DNA of 64,000 bases from an uncultured Nitrospiraceae bacterium (GCA_963846575.1 CAWJWJ010000002.1:1984001-2048000), one strand, 5' to 3'; shown: positions 22,961 through 32,741, numbered from the stretch's first letter. Program-made: numbers and translations. The notes: generated from the letters alone by a model not told the origin.

Positions 22961-24517
22961 TCATAGAGTGACGGTCCGGGCAGTGGCCATATTCGCCACA
23001 TGGTCCACGATGGCCTCCGCCAGTGAGGGAATTGTATTCTGGGCGGCCATCAGGTGCACCTGCAGACCGGCCTCCCTGGCGGTAGCCGCGGTGATAGGGC
23101 CGATACAGGCGATCACAGTTTCCCCGACCAGCCGTACCAGCTCTTCCTTCGACGAAAACAACTCCACAAAGTTTCGTACCGTCGAGGAACTCGTAAAAGA
23201 AATCATATCGATGGCGCGTGTGCGCAGGTCCTCGACCAGGCGATCCGTTGCAATGGCCGGCCGGACCGTCCGATAGACCGGCACCACATCCACAATCGCG
23301 CCGCGGGTGCGCAATTGATCAGGAAGTATTTCGCGCGCCACTAAGGCGCGCGGGATCAGGATCTGGGCGCCGCGGAGCGCATGCCGGTCGAGCGCCGCAA
23401 GAATCCCTTCCGCCTGAAACTGCTCCGGAATGACGTCGGCGCGCAAGCCGTACTCCGAAAGAGCTTGCGCCGTGCGGGGCCCGATGCAACACATGGTGAG
23501 ACCGGCTAACGCCCGGACGTCACGATGGCTGTCCATCAGTCGCGTCATGAACGGAGTGACCCCATTCACACTGGTGAAGATCAGCCACCGGTAAGTCGAC
23601 AGACGTGCCAGAGCTTGGTCGAGCGGACCCCAATCGTCAGGGGGCGCGATCTCGATCGTCGGACATTCCACTGCTTCCCCACCGGCGGCCGCAATCAGAT
23701 CAGAGAACGCGGGTGCCTGCAGCCTGGGCCGCGTTACCAGGATACGTTTGCCGAACAGGGGCCGTCGCTCGAACCAGTTCAGCTGCTCTCTTAAACGCAC
23801 CACCTCGCCGACGACGATCACGGTGGGAGGTTCCATGTGAGCCGCTGTCGCTTTCTCCACAATATCGTCCAGGGTGCCTACAATAGTCTGTTGTGCCACG
23901 CGGGTGCCCCAGCGAATCACCGCGGAGGGTGTGGATCCTGCTTTCCCTTCTGCGCGTAGACACTGAACAATCTTCGGCAAATTGGTCATCCCCATGAGAA
24001 ACACCAGTGTGCCGTGGACGGTGGCCAGACGTGTCCATTCCACTGCACTGCGCTCTTTTTGGGGATCTTCATGACCGGTGACAAACGTCACGGTGGAAGC
24101 CAGGGTGCGATGGGTCACCGGAATGCCCGCATAGGCGGGCGCTGCAACCGCAGCCGTCACTCCCGGCACCACTTCAAACTCCAGACCTGCGGCCGCGACA
24201 GCTTCCGCTTCTTCCCCGCCCCGTCCGAACACGAATGGATCGCCGCCTTTCAGACGGACCACGCACTTTCCCGCCTGCGCATGGTCAATGAGCAGGCGAT
24301 TAATTTCCGACTGATCACGATAATGGCCTCGGCCCCGGCGGCCTACATAGAGCCGCTCGGCTTGAGGGGAGAGATGACTCAGCAACGCTTCATTCGCGAG
24401 GTAATCGTACAAGACGACGTCGGCCTGCTCAAGGCACTCCTTACCGCGCAACGTCAGCAGCTTGGGATCCCCAGGCCCGGCACCTACCAGATAGACTGTT
24501 CCCTTTTGCGTGGTCAT
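22961..24517 (-). CDS. cobA: Fused uroporphyrinogen-III C-methyltransferase / uroporphyrinogen-III synthase
   Basis: VGAGPGDP, RLKGGDPFVFGRGGEE; C-terminal HemD motifs FTSVNGV, FTSSSTV, IGPIT. Confidence 0.93.
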   Translation of the reverse strand: MTTQKGTVYLVGAGPGDPKLLTLRGKECLEQADVVLYDYLANEALLSHLSPQAERLYVGRRGRGHYRDQSEINRLLIDHAQAGKCVVRLKGGDPFVFGRGGEEAEAVAAAGLEFEVVPGVTAAVAAPAYAGIPVTHRTLASTVTFVTGHEDPQKERSAVEWTRLATVHGTLVFLMGMTNLPKIVQCLRAEGKAGSTPSAVIRWGTRVAQQTIVGTLDDIVEKATAAHMEPPTVIVVGEVVRLREQLNWFERRPLFGKRILVTRPRLQAPAFSDLIAAAGGEAVECPTIEIAPPDDWGPLDQALARLSTYRWLIFTSVNGVTPFMTRLMDSHRDVRALAGLTMCCIGPRTAQALSEYGLRADVIPEQFQAEGILAALDRHALRGAQILIPRALVAREILPDQLRTRGAIVDVVPVYRTVRPAIATDRLVEDLRTRAIDMISFTSSSTVRNFVELFSSKEELVRLVGETVIACIGPITAATAREAGLQVHLMAAQNTIPSLAEAIVDHVANMATARTVTL

Positions 24518-24520
24518 GAA

Positions 24521-25453
24521 TCAGGCCTGCCCGTAAATCTCCTTGAGAATGATATCCGCGCCCTCCGCGAGCAGGCGCTCGGCCAAACGGGTTCCCAGGT
24601 GGCTGGCCTCCGTCGAGGCGCCCGTCACTCGGTGGCGAATGATTCGCCGTCCATCCACGCTGGCGACGAGACCATCGAGCGTGAGGAATTCTCCCTCCAG
24701 AACGGCATGAGCCGCGATGGGCACCTGACATCCTCCTTCGAGGCGGTGAAGTAAGGCGCGCTCGGCCGTAACTGTGATACGCGTCGGCGGATGTTCGAAA
24801 CGACCTAGCAGTTCACGCACGAAAATGTCGTCACCACGCGCTTCAATACCAAGTGCGCCCTGAGCAATGGCCGGCAGACTAATGTCAACCGGCAGACTTT
24901 CGGTGATTTCTTTTTCCCAACCGAGCCGCCTTAATCCCGCCGCGGCTAGGACAATGGCATCAAACCGCCCTTCACGCAGTTTTCTCAGTCGCGTGTCCAG
25001 ATTCCCCCGGAGCATCTCAATGGTAAAGTCGGGTCGGTATTGGAGAAGTTGGGCTTGCCTGCGCAGGCTGCTGGTGCCGATTTTCGCGCCTTCCTTCAAC
25101 TGATCCAGCCCACATCCGTCATGGGTGATCAGGGCATCTCGCGGATCTTCACGAGGAGGAATGCACAAAATCTCAAGCCCTTCCGGTAACGCGGTCGGCA
25201 CGTCTTTCATGCTGTGCACGGCCAGGTCGATCTCCCCACTTAACAGGGCGTCTTCGATCTCCTTTACGAACAGACCCTTCCCGCCGATCTTTGCAAGCGG
25301 AACATCCAAAATCTTATCGCCTGATGTCTGGATGCGTTTCAGGGAGATGGTAAGCCCCGGTGCTAATTCCTGGAGACGGGCCTGAACCCATTGACTCTGA
25401 TGCACAGCCAATTTGCTTCCGCGAGTGCCCAGGATAAGGGTGGAGCGACTCAT
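24521..25453 (-). CDS. hemC: Hydroxymethylbilane synthase
   Basis: GTRGSKLA, GKGLFVKE, VHSMKD, GTSSLRR, LEGGCQVP. Confidence 0.97.
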   Translation of the reverse strand: MSRSTLILGTRGSKLAVHQSQWVQARLQELAPGLTISLKRIQTSGDKILDVPLAKIGGKGLFVKEIEDALLSGEIDLAVHSMKDVPTALPEGLEILCIPPREDPRDALITHDGCGLDQLKEGAKIGTSSLRRQAQLLQYRPDFTIEMLRGNLDTRLRKLREGRFDAIVLAAAGLRRLGWEKEITESLPVDISLPAIAQGALGIEARGDDIFVRELLGRFEHPPTRITVTAERALLHRLEGGCQVPIAAHAVLEGEFLTLDGLVASVDGRRIIRHRVTGASTEASHLGTRLAERLLAEGADIILKEIYGQA

Positions 25454-25540
25454 GAAAGAGCACGACAGAGTCGTCGATCGACGGCTCCCTGGCTGGCCTG
25501 GCTAAACTCGTTACTCATACGTCCTTTTACTCCCACTTCA

Positions 25541-26947
25541 TTAGCTCACGCGCCGGCCACGCTCTTTCGTCGTCTGTTCCACCAGCGATGTGTCAGCCAG
25601 CCGACCGGCCCCATTGGCTGCCATTTTTCCCTGTTGTGCATTCGAAACTTCCGCCTGTCCCGCCGAGTCTCCGGCCTGAGATTCTTCAAGATTGAAGAAT
25701 CGGCGCGCCGCGTCAACATAGGCCGCTCCGCCTGCTGATCTCGCCTCCGCTTTCAGCGTGACCATCGTGCCGTGCACCATCTTGTTAATAATGGCAGCGG
25801 CCATCGATTCGACGACGGCTCGGTCCTCCGGTGAGAGGTGTCCCAACCGCGACATGATCTTATCCACCTCGCGACGTTTGATATCCTCTGTTCTGGTCCG
25901 CAACGCAACAATGGTTGGCGTCACCTCGAGTGATTGTAACCACTGTCCAAGGACGGCCACCTCCTCGACTACCATCTGCTCGGCTTTCGCCGCTTCACGC
26001 AACCGATCTTCGCGATTTTGCTCCACGCGCATGTGCAGGTCATCGATATCAAACAGAAATGCGTCGTCGATCGGACGAACGGCGGGATCGATGTTTCTGG
26101 GTACGGATATATCGATCAAGAACATCGGGCGACTCATCCGTTGTCTCATCGCACGCTGTACGTCGTCGGGGCTGATCAGATAGTGCGACGCTCCGGTGGA
26201 CACGAGGACGATGTCAGCCCCCGCCAACTCCGTCTTGTAATCGTCGAACGGCACTGCGGTCCCATTGAACCGTTGGGCCAATTCCAAACCATGCTGGAAA
26301 TTCCGGGTGGTGATACGCACCTGCTGCACGCCGTTGGCAATCAGATGGCGCGCCGCCAGCTTGGCCATTTCCCCCGCTCCAATTAGCAAAACCGTTTTCT
26401 CACTTAAGTTTGAGAAAATCTTCTTGGCAAGTTCGACGGCCGCATAACTCACGGACACGGCCGTTTCAGCGATCTTGGTTTCGGTACGCACGCGCTTCGC
26501 CACCGAGATGGCTTTCTTTACGACCTTATTGAGGAGCAAGCCGGAGGCTTTGTGGGTCAGAGCTACCTCGAAGGCATCCTTGATTTGTCCGAGAATCTGA
26601 GACTCGCCAATGATCATCGAGTCGAGACTAGCGGCCACACGGAAGAGATGCCCGATGGCACGGTCGCCTGCATGCCAGTAGAGATGTGGTGTCAAATGTT
26701 CAGAAGAAAGAGACAAATGGGTGTCGGCCAAAAATTCCTGCACACGGCCGTACCCACTTTCCAGGTCCTCGACAACAGCGTAGACTTCCACCCGATTGCA
26801 AGTAGAGAGTAGCAGCCCTTCACGCACTCCCGGATAAGCACAGAGCCGGCTCAAGGCTTCCCTGAGCCGGCTTTCTGGAACCGCGAGTTTCTCGCGAATC
26901 TCAACCGGTGCGGTCTTGTGGCTTAACCCGACGACAATGATGTGCAT
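25541..26947 (-). CDS. hemA: Glutamyl-tRNA reductase
   Basis: GLSHKTAPVEIRE, STCNRVE, LDSMIIGESQILGQ, GAGEM, DISVPRNI. Confidence 0.97.
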   Translation of the reverse strand: MHIIVVGLSHKTAPVEIREKLAVPESRLREALSRLCAYPGVREGLLLSTCNRVEVYAVVEDLESGYGRVQEFLADTHLSLSSEHLTPHLYWHAGDRAIGHLFRVAASLDSMIIGESQILGQIKDAFEVALTHKASGLLLNKVVKKAISVAKRVRTETKIAETAVSVSYAAVELAKKIFSNLSEKTVLLIGAGEMAKLAARHLIANGVQQVRITTRNFQHGLELAQRFNGTAVPFDDYKTELAGADIVLVSTGASHYLISPDDVQRAMRQRMSRPMFLIDISVPRNIDPAVRPIDDAFLFDIDDLHMRVEQNREDRLREAAKAEQMVVEEVAVLGQWLQSLEVTPTIVALRTRTEDIKRREVDKIMSRLGHLSPEDRAVVESMAAAIINKMVHGTMVTLKAEARSAGGAAYVDAARRFFNLEESQAGDSAGQAEVSNAQQGKMAANGAGRLADTSLVEQTTKERGRRVS

Positions 26948-26948
26948 C

Positions 26949-27755
26949 TCAGGACACCGTCCCGTGACTTTTCAGAACTACTCCGATCAGCGTGAGAATC
27001 ACGCCGGCAAAGCCGATGATCGTCAGATAGGCAGCACGCTTGGCACGCCATCCAATCGTAAGTCGACCAACCAGGACAGCAAAATAGAATCCCCACGTCA
27101 CCATGGCCCACGTCTGCTCGGGATTCCAGTTCACATAGGTGCCGCGGACGATCTCGGCAGAAAAGGCCCCACTGATGATTCCCAGGGTGAGTAGCGGGAA
27201 ACCCATGACGATGGATTGTTGGTTCAAATGGTCAAGGTAGTCCAGAGCGGGCAGTTTCGCATAGAGCACATTAAAGCGCTTGGACTTGAGAAGGCCATCT
27301 TGAATGAGATACATGACTCCCGCGACGAAGGCGACGGCGAACCCCACCGTGCCCAACATACTGAGGGTCACGTGGACCCAAAGGGTCTTGAACACGGGCT
27401 GGAGACTGGAGGCCGCGTCCGAACGAAACGCGGCGGCAGTCACCAGTGATACAAGGGCAAGCGGCACAATAAAGGAGCCCAGGACGTGCAACTGCCGACG
27501 AAACTCGACGGCCAGAAAAACAAGAATGAGCATCCAGGAAAAAAATGACAATGCTTCGTGAAAGGTCGGGAGTTGCGTCTGTCCGGTATCCGCCATTCTG
27601 GCTACGAGCGCCACCGTATGCGTAGCAAACCCCACTGCGGTGATCCCGAGTGACACCTTTGACAGGCTTTCCGCACGACGAAGCAGATAGGCAAGGTAAC
27701 AGACCGTGCTCGCGAAATAGAGCGCCATCGTGAGCATGAAAAAGACCGAAGACAT
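26949..27755 (-). CDS. ccsA: Cytochrome c assembly protein (CcsA/HemX family)
   Basis: Multi-TM protein with a conserved His (WVHVT) and WWD-like motif WNPEQTW; lies upstream of hemA. Confidence 0.75.
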   Translation of the reverse strand: MSSVFFMLTMALYFASTVCYLAYLLRRAESLSKVSLGITAVGFATHTVALVARMADTGQTQLPTFHEALSFFSWMLILVFLAVEFRRQLHVLGSFIVPLALVSLVTAAAFRSDAASSLQPVFKTLWVHVTLSMLGTVGFAVAFVAGVMYLIQDGLLKSKRFNVLYAKLPALDYLDHLNQQSIVMGFPLLTLGIISGAFSAEIVRGTYVNWNPEQTWAMVTWGFYFAVLVGRLTIGWRAKRAAYLTIIGFAGVILTLIGVVLKSHGTVS

Positions 27756-27796
27756 TTCGACCTATCCTCGCAACATTTCTCAACAAAGCCGATTTT

Positions 27797-28564
27797 TTGG
27801 AACTGGAAATTATATCGATGCGACCAGAACAGAGTCAAGGAAAGCACGCTCATCCAAGCGGTCTACCAGGAACGCTTTTTATTGTCGGCGTATCCATCGG
27901 ACACCCTGACGATCTTACAATCCGTGCACTCGCGACATTGCGGCAGGTTGGCCTGGTGGCAACCAAGAATCCCCGCATCACTCAAGCCTTACTGGCACAT
28001 CACGGCATTCGTACTACGTTGACCACATATGATCGAGCCAATGCGGCCGACAAAACGCCGATTCTTCTAGCTCGTCTCATGCAGGGCACACATGTCGCCC
28101 TGGTATCCGACTGTGGAATGCCTCTCGTGTATGACCCCGGCCGATTACTTATCAATGCAGCGGCAGCTTCACAGATTTCAATCGAGGTTATTCCGGGTCC
28201 TTCAGCGGTCGTCGCAGCGGTAGCTCTGGCTGGAATGGATAGCAATGCCTTCATCTTCGAAGGGCGCTGGTCAGGAGAGACACGAACCATCATCCGTCGG
28301 CTAGATTCGTTGAAGGCCGAGTCCCGCACGATGATTTTATTTCCACCGCGGCTGGGCATTCGAAAGATGCTCACACTACTCGTGAATGTTTTGGGTAACC
28401 GACGAATCGTCGCGGCGGCCGACCTCACTCATGAGACTCAGCGGGTCGTGCGGGGACGAGTTCGGGAGATCCTGACACACTATCCGTTTGACGACGAAAT
28501 GAAGCAAGTGACACTAATTGTGGAGGGCCGGAGGACAGGGAAGGGGAAGCCGAGGATTGTGTAA
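27797..28564 (+). CDS. RsmI-like tetrapyrrole-methylase-fold methyltransferase (divergent)
   Basis: GTLFIVGVSIGHPDDLTIRA, ALVSDCGMPLVYDPG, IPGPSA; start uncertain. Confidence 0.7.
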   Translation: MELEIISMRPEQSQGKHAHPSGLPGTLFIVGVSIGHPDDLTIRALATLRQVGLVATKNPRITQALLAHHGIRTTLTTYDRANAADKTPILLARLMQGTHVALVSDCGMPLVYDPGRLLINAAAASQISIEVIPGPSAVVAAVALAGMDSNAFIFEGRWSGETRTIIRRLDSLKAESRTMILFPPRLGIRKMLTLLVNVLGNRRIVAAADLTHETQRVVRGRVREILTHYPFDDEMKQVTLIVEGRRTGKGKPRIV

Positions 28565-28567
28565 GAC

Positions 28568-28828
28568 CTACTCGTCAATCCGCTTTCTTATTATGACACG
28601 GTACGATTGATCGGTTCGTTCTTGCGACAAAACATCATGCCCATCGGCACTGACACTTCGCGGAACATTCCGAATGGGGTCGCCCTCATCTAAGTGTATT
28701 AACAGCAGCTGACCGGGGGCCATGGTTTCGAGTTTCAGCTTGGTCTTTACAAAATTGTAGGGGCAAATGACTCCGCGGAGATCCAACTCTTCGTCCGCAG
28801 TATGGATGTGCACCGAAGTTTCAGACAT
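28568..28828 (-). CDS. TusA-family sulfurtransferase
   Basis: LDLRGVICPYNFVKTKLKLE. Confidence 0.85.
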   Translation of the reverse strand: MSETSVHIHTADEELDLRGVICPYNFVKTKLKLETMAPGQLLLIHLDEGDPIRNVPRSVSADGHDVLSQERTDQSYRVIIRKRIDE

Positions 28829-28915
28829 GTCAATTCCTGTGTGAATGTTGCCGGATGTTATCAGGCGATCCCTGAACATTACAACAGGCCTTCAGGGCGG
28901 CCTAGACAAATGAAA

Positions 28916-28945
28916 AGCGGGGTGCCTCCGTAGAAGCACCCCGCT
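28916..28945 (-). terminator. Intrinsic terminator after the secreted-protein gene
   Basis: AGCGGGGTGC...GCACCCCGCT stem; followed by a T-run on the minus strand. Confidence 0.65.
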
Positions 28946-28981
28946 CTTAATCCACCAGCCACTCCGTAGCGGCTTATGATT

Positions 28982-29764
28982 TTAGTTACTCAAGCCCTTC
29001 TGCAAATTCGGCTTGGCACCGTCGGTCCCATAGTCGGACTTGTTCTGGACTTTAGTTTCGGGAGCGATGGTCTGATAACCCCATCCCGGCTGCGGTTCGC
29101 AATTCCAGCAGGGCGCGGCCCCTGTAAATTCACCGACCGAGGTGGTAACCACACCTGACGTAACCGTTCCCGGGAGCACGCTGCCGACCGGCGCACCGGA
29201 AACACTGCCGGAATTCGTATCAATTCCCCGCTCGTTCACTGGGCTCGGACGTTGCCCGAGGCCGCCGAATCCAGCCAACTTTTCGTTACCGCGGAACAGG
29301 TAAATTTCACGGACGAGCTTACGCCCGCTTCCGTAAACGCCCTGGTCTGCCCTCTCGTTTGGCGCCTCAACCACCTGAACAGAAATATCATCACCGGAGT
29401 TCAAGCCCTTAATTTGGTCCATGTTTGTCTGTGCATCAAAATACAGCGTCAAGGAGGACATGGCACCAGTCCCTGCACGACCTTCATCGTGCGAACTTCC
29501 ACCGGTTTCCAGGTGTAGCTTGTGGCCAGGAACATCAATCGCAAGCACGCGGCCAAACACGGTTTCTGCCTGACCCAGCCGATCGATAAAGGCGGTCCGG
29601 TCAAACGCTGCGGTACGACCTGAGTTACCCGAGACATCCCCGACTCCGGTGCCGACACCGAATCCGGATCCTGACGAGGACTGCGGCAAACGCTCTTGAG
29701 CGCCTGCAACACCAACGGAGCTGATGAAAAGCACCGCAGCTCCAAGTGCCAACACGTTACGCAT
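28982..29764 (-). CDS. Exported protein of unknown function
   Basis: Signal peptide MRNVLALGAAVLFISSVGVAGA; RBS AAGGAGG; Gly-rich; CWNC near the C-terminus. Confidence 0.75.
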   Translation of the reverse strand: MRNVLALGAAVLFISSVGVAGAQERLPQSSSGSGFGVGTGVGDVSGNSGRTAAFDRTAFIDRLGQAETVFGRVLAIDVPGHKLHLETGGSSHDEGRAGTGAMSSLTLYFDAQTNMDQIKGLNSGDDISVQVVEAPNERADQGVYGSGRKLVREIYLFRGNEKLAGFGGLGQRPSPVNERGIDTNSGSVSGAPVGSVLPGTVTSGVVTTSVGEFTGAAPCWNCEPQPGWGYQTIAPETKVQNKSDYGTDGAKPNLQKGLSN

Positions 29765-29860
29765 GTGCTGCCTCCTTAGTGAGATGGAATTGATAAGAGA
29801 GTTGATGATGGACGGCGATAAACTAAACTGGTCATAGTAGTTCCAGACAAATTCGCGCGC

Positions 29861-29889
29861 ACTATAGGCCAACGACCACATCATGTCAA
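29861..29889 (-). promoter_or_regulatory. Near-consensus sigma70 promoter
   Basis: TTGACA-N17-TATAGT on the minus strand, ~100 nt upstream of the exported-protein ATG. Confidence 0.7.
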
Positions 29890-29976
29890 GTTGTTTTCGG
29901 GCCACCCATCCACTATATGGTATTGGGCATAGTTTAGCCACTCACATTTGATTCGGGTCCACATTCTGAATGCTGA

Positions 29977-30063
29977 TGGTGCCCAGAGGGAGGGTCGAAC
30001 TCCCACTCTCTTGCGAGAACCGGATTTTGAGTCCGGCGCGTCTGCCAGTTCCGCCATCCGGGC
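29977..30063 (-). tRNA. tRNA-Leu (CAA)
   Basis: Reverse complement reads GCCCGGATGGCGGAACTGGCAGACGCG-CCGGA-CT-CAA-AA-TCCGG, long variable arm, GTTCGA, ...GGGCACCA. Confidence 0.97.
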
Positions 30064-30251
30064 ATATGACCTTGACCTAGTCGCCATTCGATCCCAACCG
30101 GAGCGCCTCACGGTAAGGGGAAGCATTTTTAGCATGAAGCCGTTCAAGCGTCAATCAGCGCGGACACTCTTTTTTTCTCGAAATATCAAATGCTAGAATG
30201 ACCGACGAGAATATAGCGAACCGAAGACTATATGAATCCATGGAGGCGACT

Positions 30252-30533
30252 ATGGCAGACGTGCAATGCATAACCTGCGGTGAAGTCGGTGAAGCGATTA
30301 CCGATACGTTATTCCTCGGCAAACTAGAAGCTGAGATCAAAGCGCAGGTTTGTAAACCCTGCTGGAAAAAGTGGGAAGGGATGCGCGTGATGGTCATCAA
30401 TGAGTATCAAGTCAACCTCGGGGACGAGAGCGGCCGCGAACTCGTAAAGAAGCAAATGAAAGCCTTCCTCAAACTGGGAGAGCAGACTGATACTTCGAAG
30501 CTTGACCAGAACTTTCGGCCGGCAGGCTCTTAG
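30252..30533 (+). CDS. YggX-like Fe(II)-trafficking / oxidative damage protection protein
   Basis: C..CW..W....MVINEY..NL.D...R......MKAFL pattern; RBS GGAGG. Confidence 0.75.
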   Translation: MADVQCITCGEVGEAITDTLFLGKLEAEIKAQVCKPCWKKWEGMRVMVINEYQVNLGDESGRELVKKQMKAFLKLGEQTDTSKLDQNFRPAGS

Positions 30534-30770
30534 TGAACAAGATACTTAGACGTGACGTCTGATTACGAAGTAAGCCGATTAGCGAGTCGACCTACTTGTG
30601 CTACAACCAGAGCGCAGTTCTCCCGTGCCGGCCATTGAGCGTTAAGGTCCTGCGCCCCATTCACGCATCGTTCTGATCGGAGTTCGAATCCGTTGACACT
30701 CTGATTTCGGAAGTGATAAAGTCGCCTATTGTTAAAGTTTTTGGCTGCTATCGGGAAGGAATAACCCGCC

Positions 30771-31226
30771 GTGATTACACAAATGCGGGTCAAGGGGCTG
30801 ATCTTCGACCCCTATAATAACGCCTATATTGTAGTGTTGCGAGACGAAGATAATTCAGACATGCTCCCGATTTGGGTCGGAAAATCAGAGGCCAGCGCCA
30901 TCGGTCTGGCTTTGGAAAGCGTGACCGCGCCGCGTCCCATGACCCACGATTTAATGAAATCATTTCTTGAAACGTTCGACGCAAAAATCATCAGCGTGGT
31001 CATCACCGATTTGAATGAAAACACGTATTACGCCACTATTCATCTGATGTACGAAGACTCTGAGTATACCGTTGATTCTCGCCCCAGCGATGCCATTGCG
31101 CTGGCGCTGCGAACGAGCGCCCCGATCTTTGCTAGCGAGAAAGTCATCAAAAAACAGTCATCCGAAGAACTCGAGCAGTGGCTTGAAAACTTAAAACCGG
31201 AAGACTTCGGTAAACTGGATAGCTAA
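30771..31226 (+). CDS. Bifunctional nuclease family protein (DUF151)
   Basis: LPIWVGKSEA, PRPMTHDL, DSRPSDAIALA. Confidence 0.9.
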   Translation: MITQMRVKGLIFDPYNNAYIVVLRDEDNSDMLPIWVGKSEASAIGLALESVTAPRPMTHDLMKSFLETFDAKIISVVITDLNENTYYATIHLMYEDSEYTVDSRPSDAIALALRTSAPIFASEKVIKKQSSEELEQWLENLKPEDFGKLDS

Positions 31227-31229
31227 CTC

Positions 31230-31757
31230 ATGGAACCAGTCGTCCAGAATCAGTCAAGTGAACTCGTGGCATTGACTGTCAAGCAGGTACTTGAAGACGG
31301 CAATACCGATACCCGCATCGTCGTACTGAAAAGTGATGATGCGAGTGTAACATTGCCGATTTGGGTAGGCTCCGCTGAGGGAAATGCGATTCGTCTCGCT
31401 ATGGAACGCGTGGTGACCCCCCGCCCTATGAGCCATGATCTCATTCGGAGCTTTGCAGATCACCTCGGCGTTCGAATCGAACGAGTCGTCATCACCGATG
31501 TGAAGAGCAGCACATACTATGCGAGTGTGGCGTTCGCGTCCAAGGGAGTGCACCGGACGTTGGACGCAAGACCGAGCGATGCCATTGCCCTCGCACTTCG
31601 CGCCGATTGCCCTATCTATGCTACCCAGGACGTGCTCAACCGGCGAACCGCGACTCACTTAGATGCGTGGATTAACAAACTCGACGCAAAGAATGATAGA
31701 ACCCCAACAAGCGTGAGGCCTGACGTCTTTTTGTCCACGGCTATCGTGCAGGAGTAG
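31230..31757 (+). CDS. Bifunctional nuclease family protein (DUF151), second copy
   Basis: LPIWVGSAEG, PRPMSHDL, DARPSDAIALA; the C-terminus may be extended by a one-base insertion near 31692. Confidence 0.88.
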   Translation: MEPVVQNQSSELVALTVKQVLEDGNTDTRIVVLKSDDASVTLPIWVGSAEGNAIRLAMERVVTPRPMSHDLIRSFADHLGVRIERVVITDVKSSTYYASVAFASKGVHRTLDARPSDAIALALRADCPIYATQDVLNRRTATHLDAWINKLDAKNDRTPTSVRPDVFLSTAIVQE

Positions 31758-32198
31758 ATGGAGATCATGACAAAAACGTATCTCGAAAAACCAGCTGATG
31801 TAAAACGCAAGTGGTTCCTGGTCGATGCCGACGGGAAAACGCTGGGCCGCCTGGCGGCGAAAGTTGCCACCTTGTTGCGCGGCAAGCATAAGCCGACCTT
31901 CACGCCCCACGTCGACACCGGAGACCACGTCGTCATCGTGAATGCGGAAAAAATTCGCCTGACGGGGAACAAGATGGAGTCCAAGACCTATTCGTCTCAC
32001 AGCGGGTATCCGGGTGGGCTGAAAACACTGACCGCCGAACACATCCACCGGAAACAACCCACGGAGCTTTTGACCAGAGCCATTGAGGGCATGTTGCCCA
32101 AGACTCCCCTCGGAAATCACATGGCCAAGAAACTGCGCGTCTATGCCGGACCGACGCATCCGCATCACGCGCAGCAGCTAGAATCCCTCTCATTGTGA
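31758..32198 (+). CDS. rplM: 50S ribosomal protein L13
   Basis: WFLVDA..LGRLA, GKHKPTFTPHVDTGD, GYPGG. Confidence 0.98.
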   Translation: MEIMTKTYLEKPADVKRKWFLVDADGKTLGRLAAKVATLLRGKHKPTFTPHVDTGDHVVIVNAEKIRLTGNKMESKTYSSHSGYPGGLKTLTAEHIHRKQPTELLTRAIEGMLPKTPLGNHMAKKLRVYAGPTHPHHAQQLESLSL

Positions 32199-32240
32199 CC
32201 ATTATTGTTCGATCTGAATCTTTGAAGGAGACCGCCTGAT

Positions 32241-32633
32241 ATGGCAGCATTGACGCAGTATGCAACCGGAAAAAGAAAGAGTGCGATTGCTCGTGCCTGG
32301 GTGACCGCCTCCGCAGGTGATATCGTCGTAAATCAGAAGCCCCTGGAAAAAGCATTCCCCCGAATGACGCTGCGAAATGTCATCCAGTTCCCGTTTGAGT
32401 TAGCCGGTGTCGCGGGGAAGTATTCCGTTCGTGCCACAGTGTATGGGGGGGGGCCAGCTGGCCAGGCCGGAGCCTTGCGCCATGCCATCTCCAAGGCCCT
32501 GGTGATCATGAGCGCGGCGTTTCGCAGCCCCCTGAAAAAGGAAGGCCTGCTGACCCGTGACTCACGCGTGAAAGAGCGTAAGAAATACGGCCAAAAGGGT
32601 GCCAGAAAGCGCTTCCAATACTCGAAGCGGTAA
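32241..32633 (+). CDS. rpsI: 30S ribosomal protein S9
   Basis: GKRKSAIAR, GQAGALRH, ERKKYG...QYSKR. Confidence 0.98.
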   Translation: MAALTQYATGKRKSAIARAWVTASAGDIVVNQKPLEKAFPRMTLRNVIQFPFELAGVAGKYSVRATVYGGGPAGQAGALRHAISKALVIMSAAFRSPLKKEGLLTRDSRVKERKKYGQKGARKRFQYSKR

Positions 32634-32657
32634 CGACATCTGGAGCGATATGGTTTC

Positions 32658-32689
32658 AAAAGGGAAGGCTCCGCAGCCTTCCCTTTTTT
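32658..32689 (+). terminator. Intrinsic terminator after rpsI
   Basis: AGGGAAGGCT-ccgc-AGCCTTCCCT followed by a T-run. Confidence 0.85.
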
Positions 32690-32741
32690 ATTGCGCGATA
32701 ACTGACCGAAAATATTATGGATATCGTTCAGGAGAAGTGAC

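Noticed and set aside
28982..29941. 319-aa version of the exported protein, or a c-type cytochrome call
   Set aside because: The extension runs through the promoter; the motif is CWNCE, not CxxCH.
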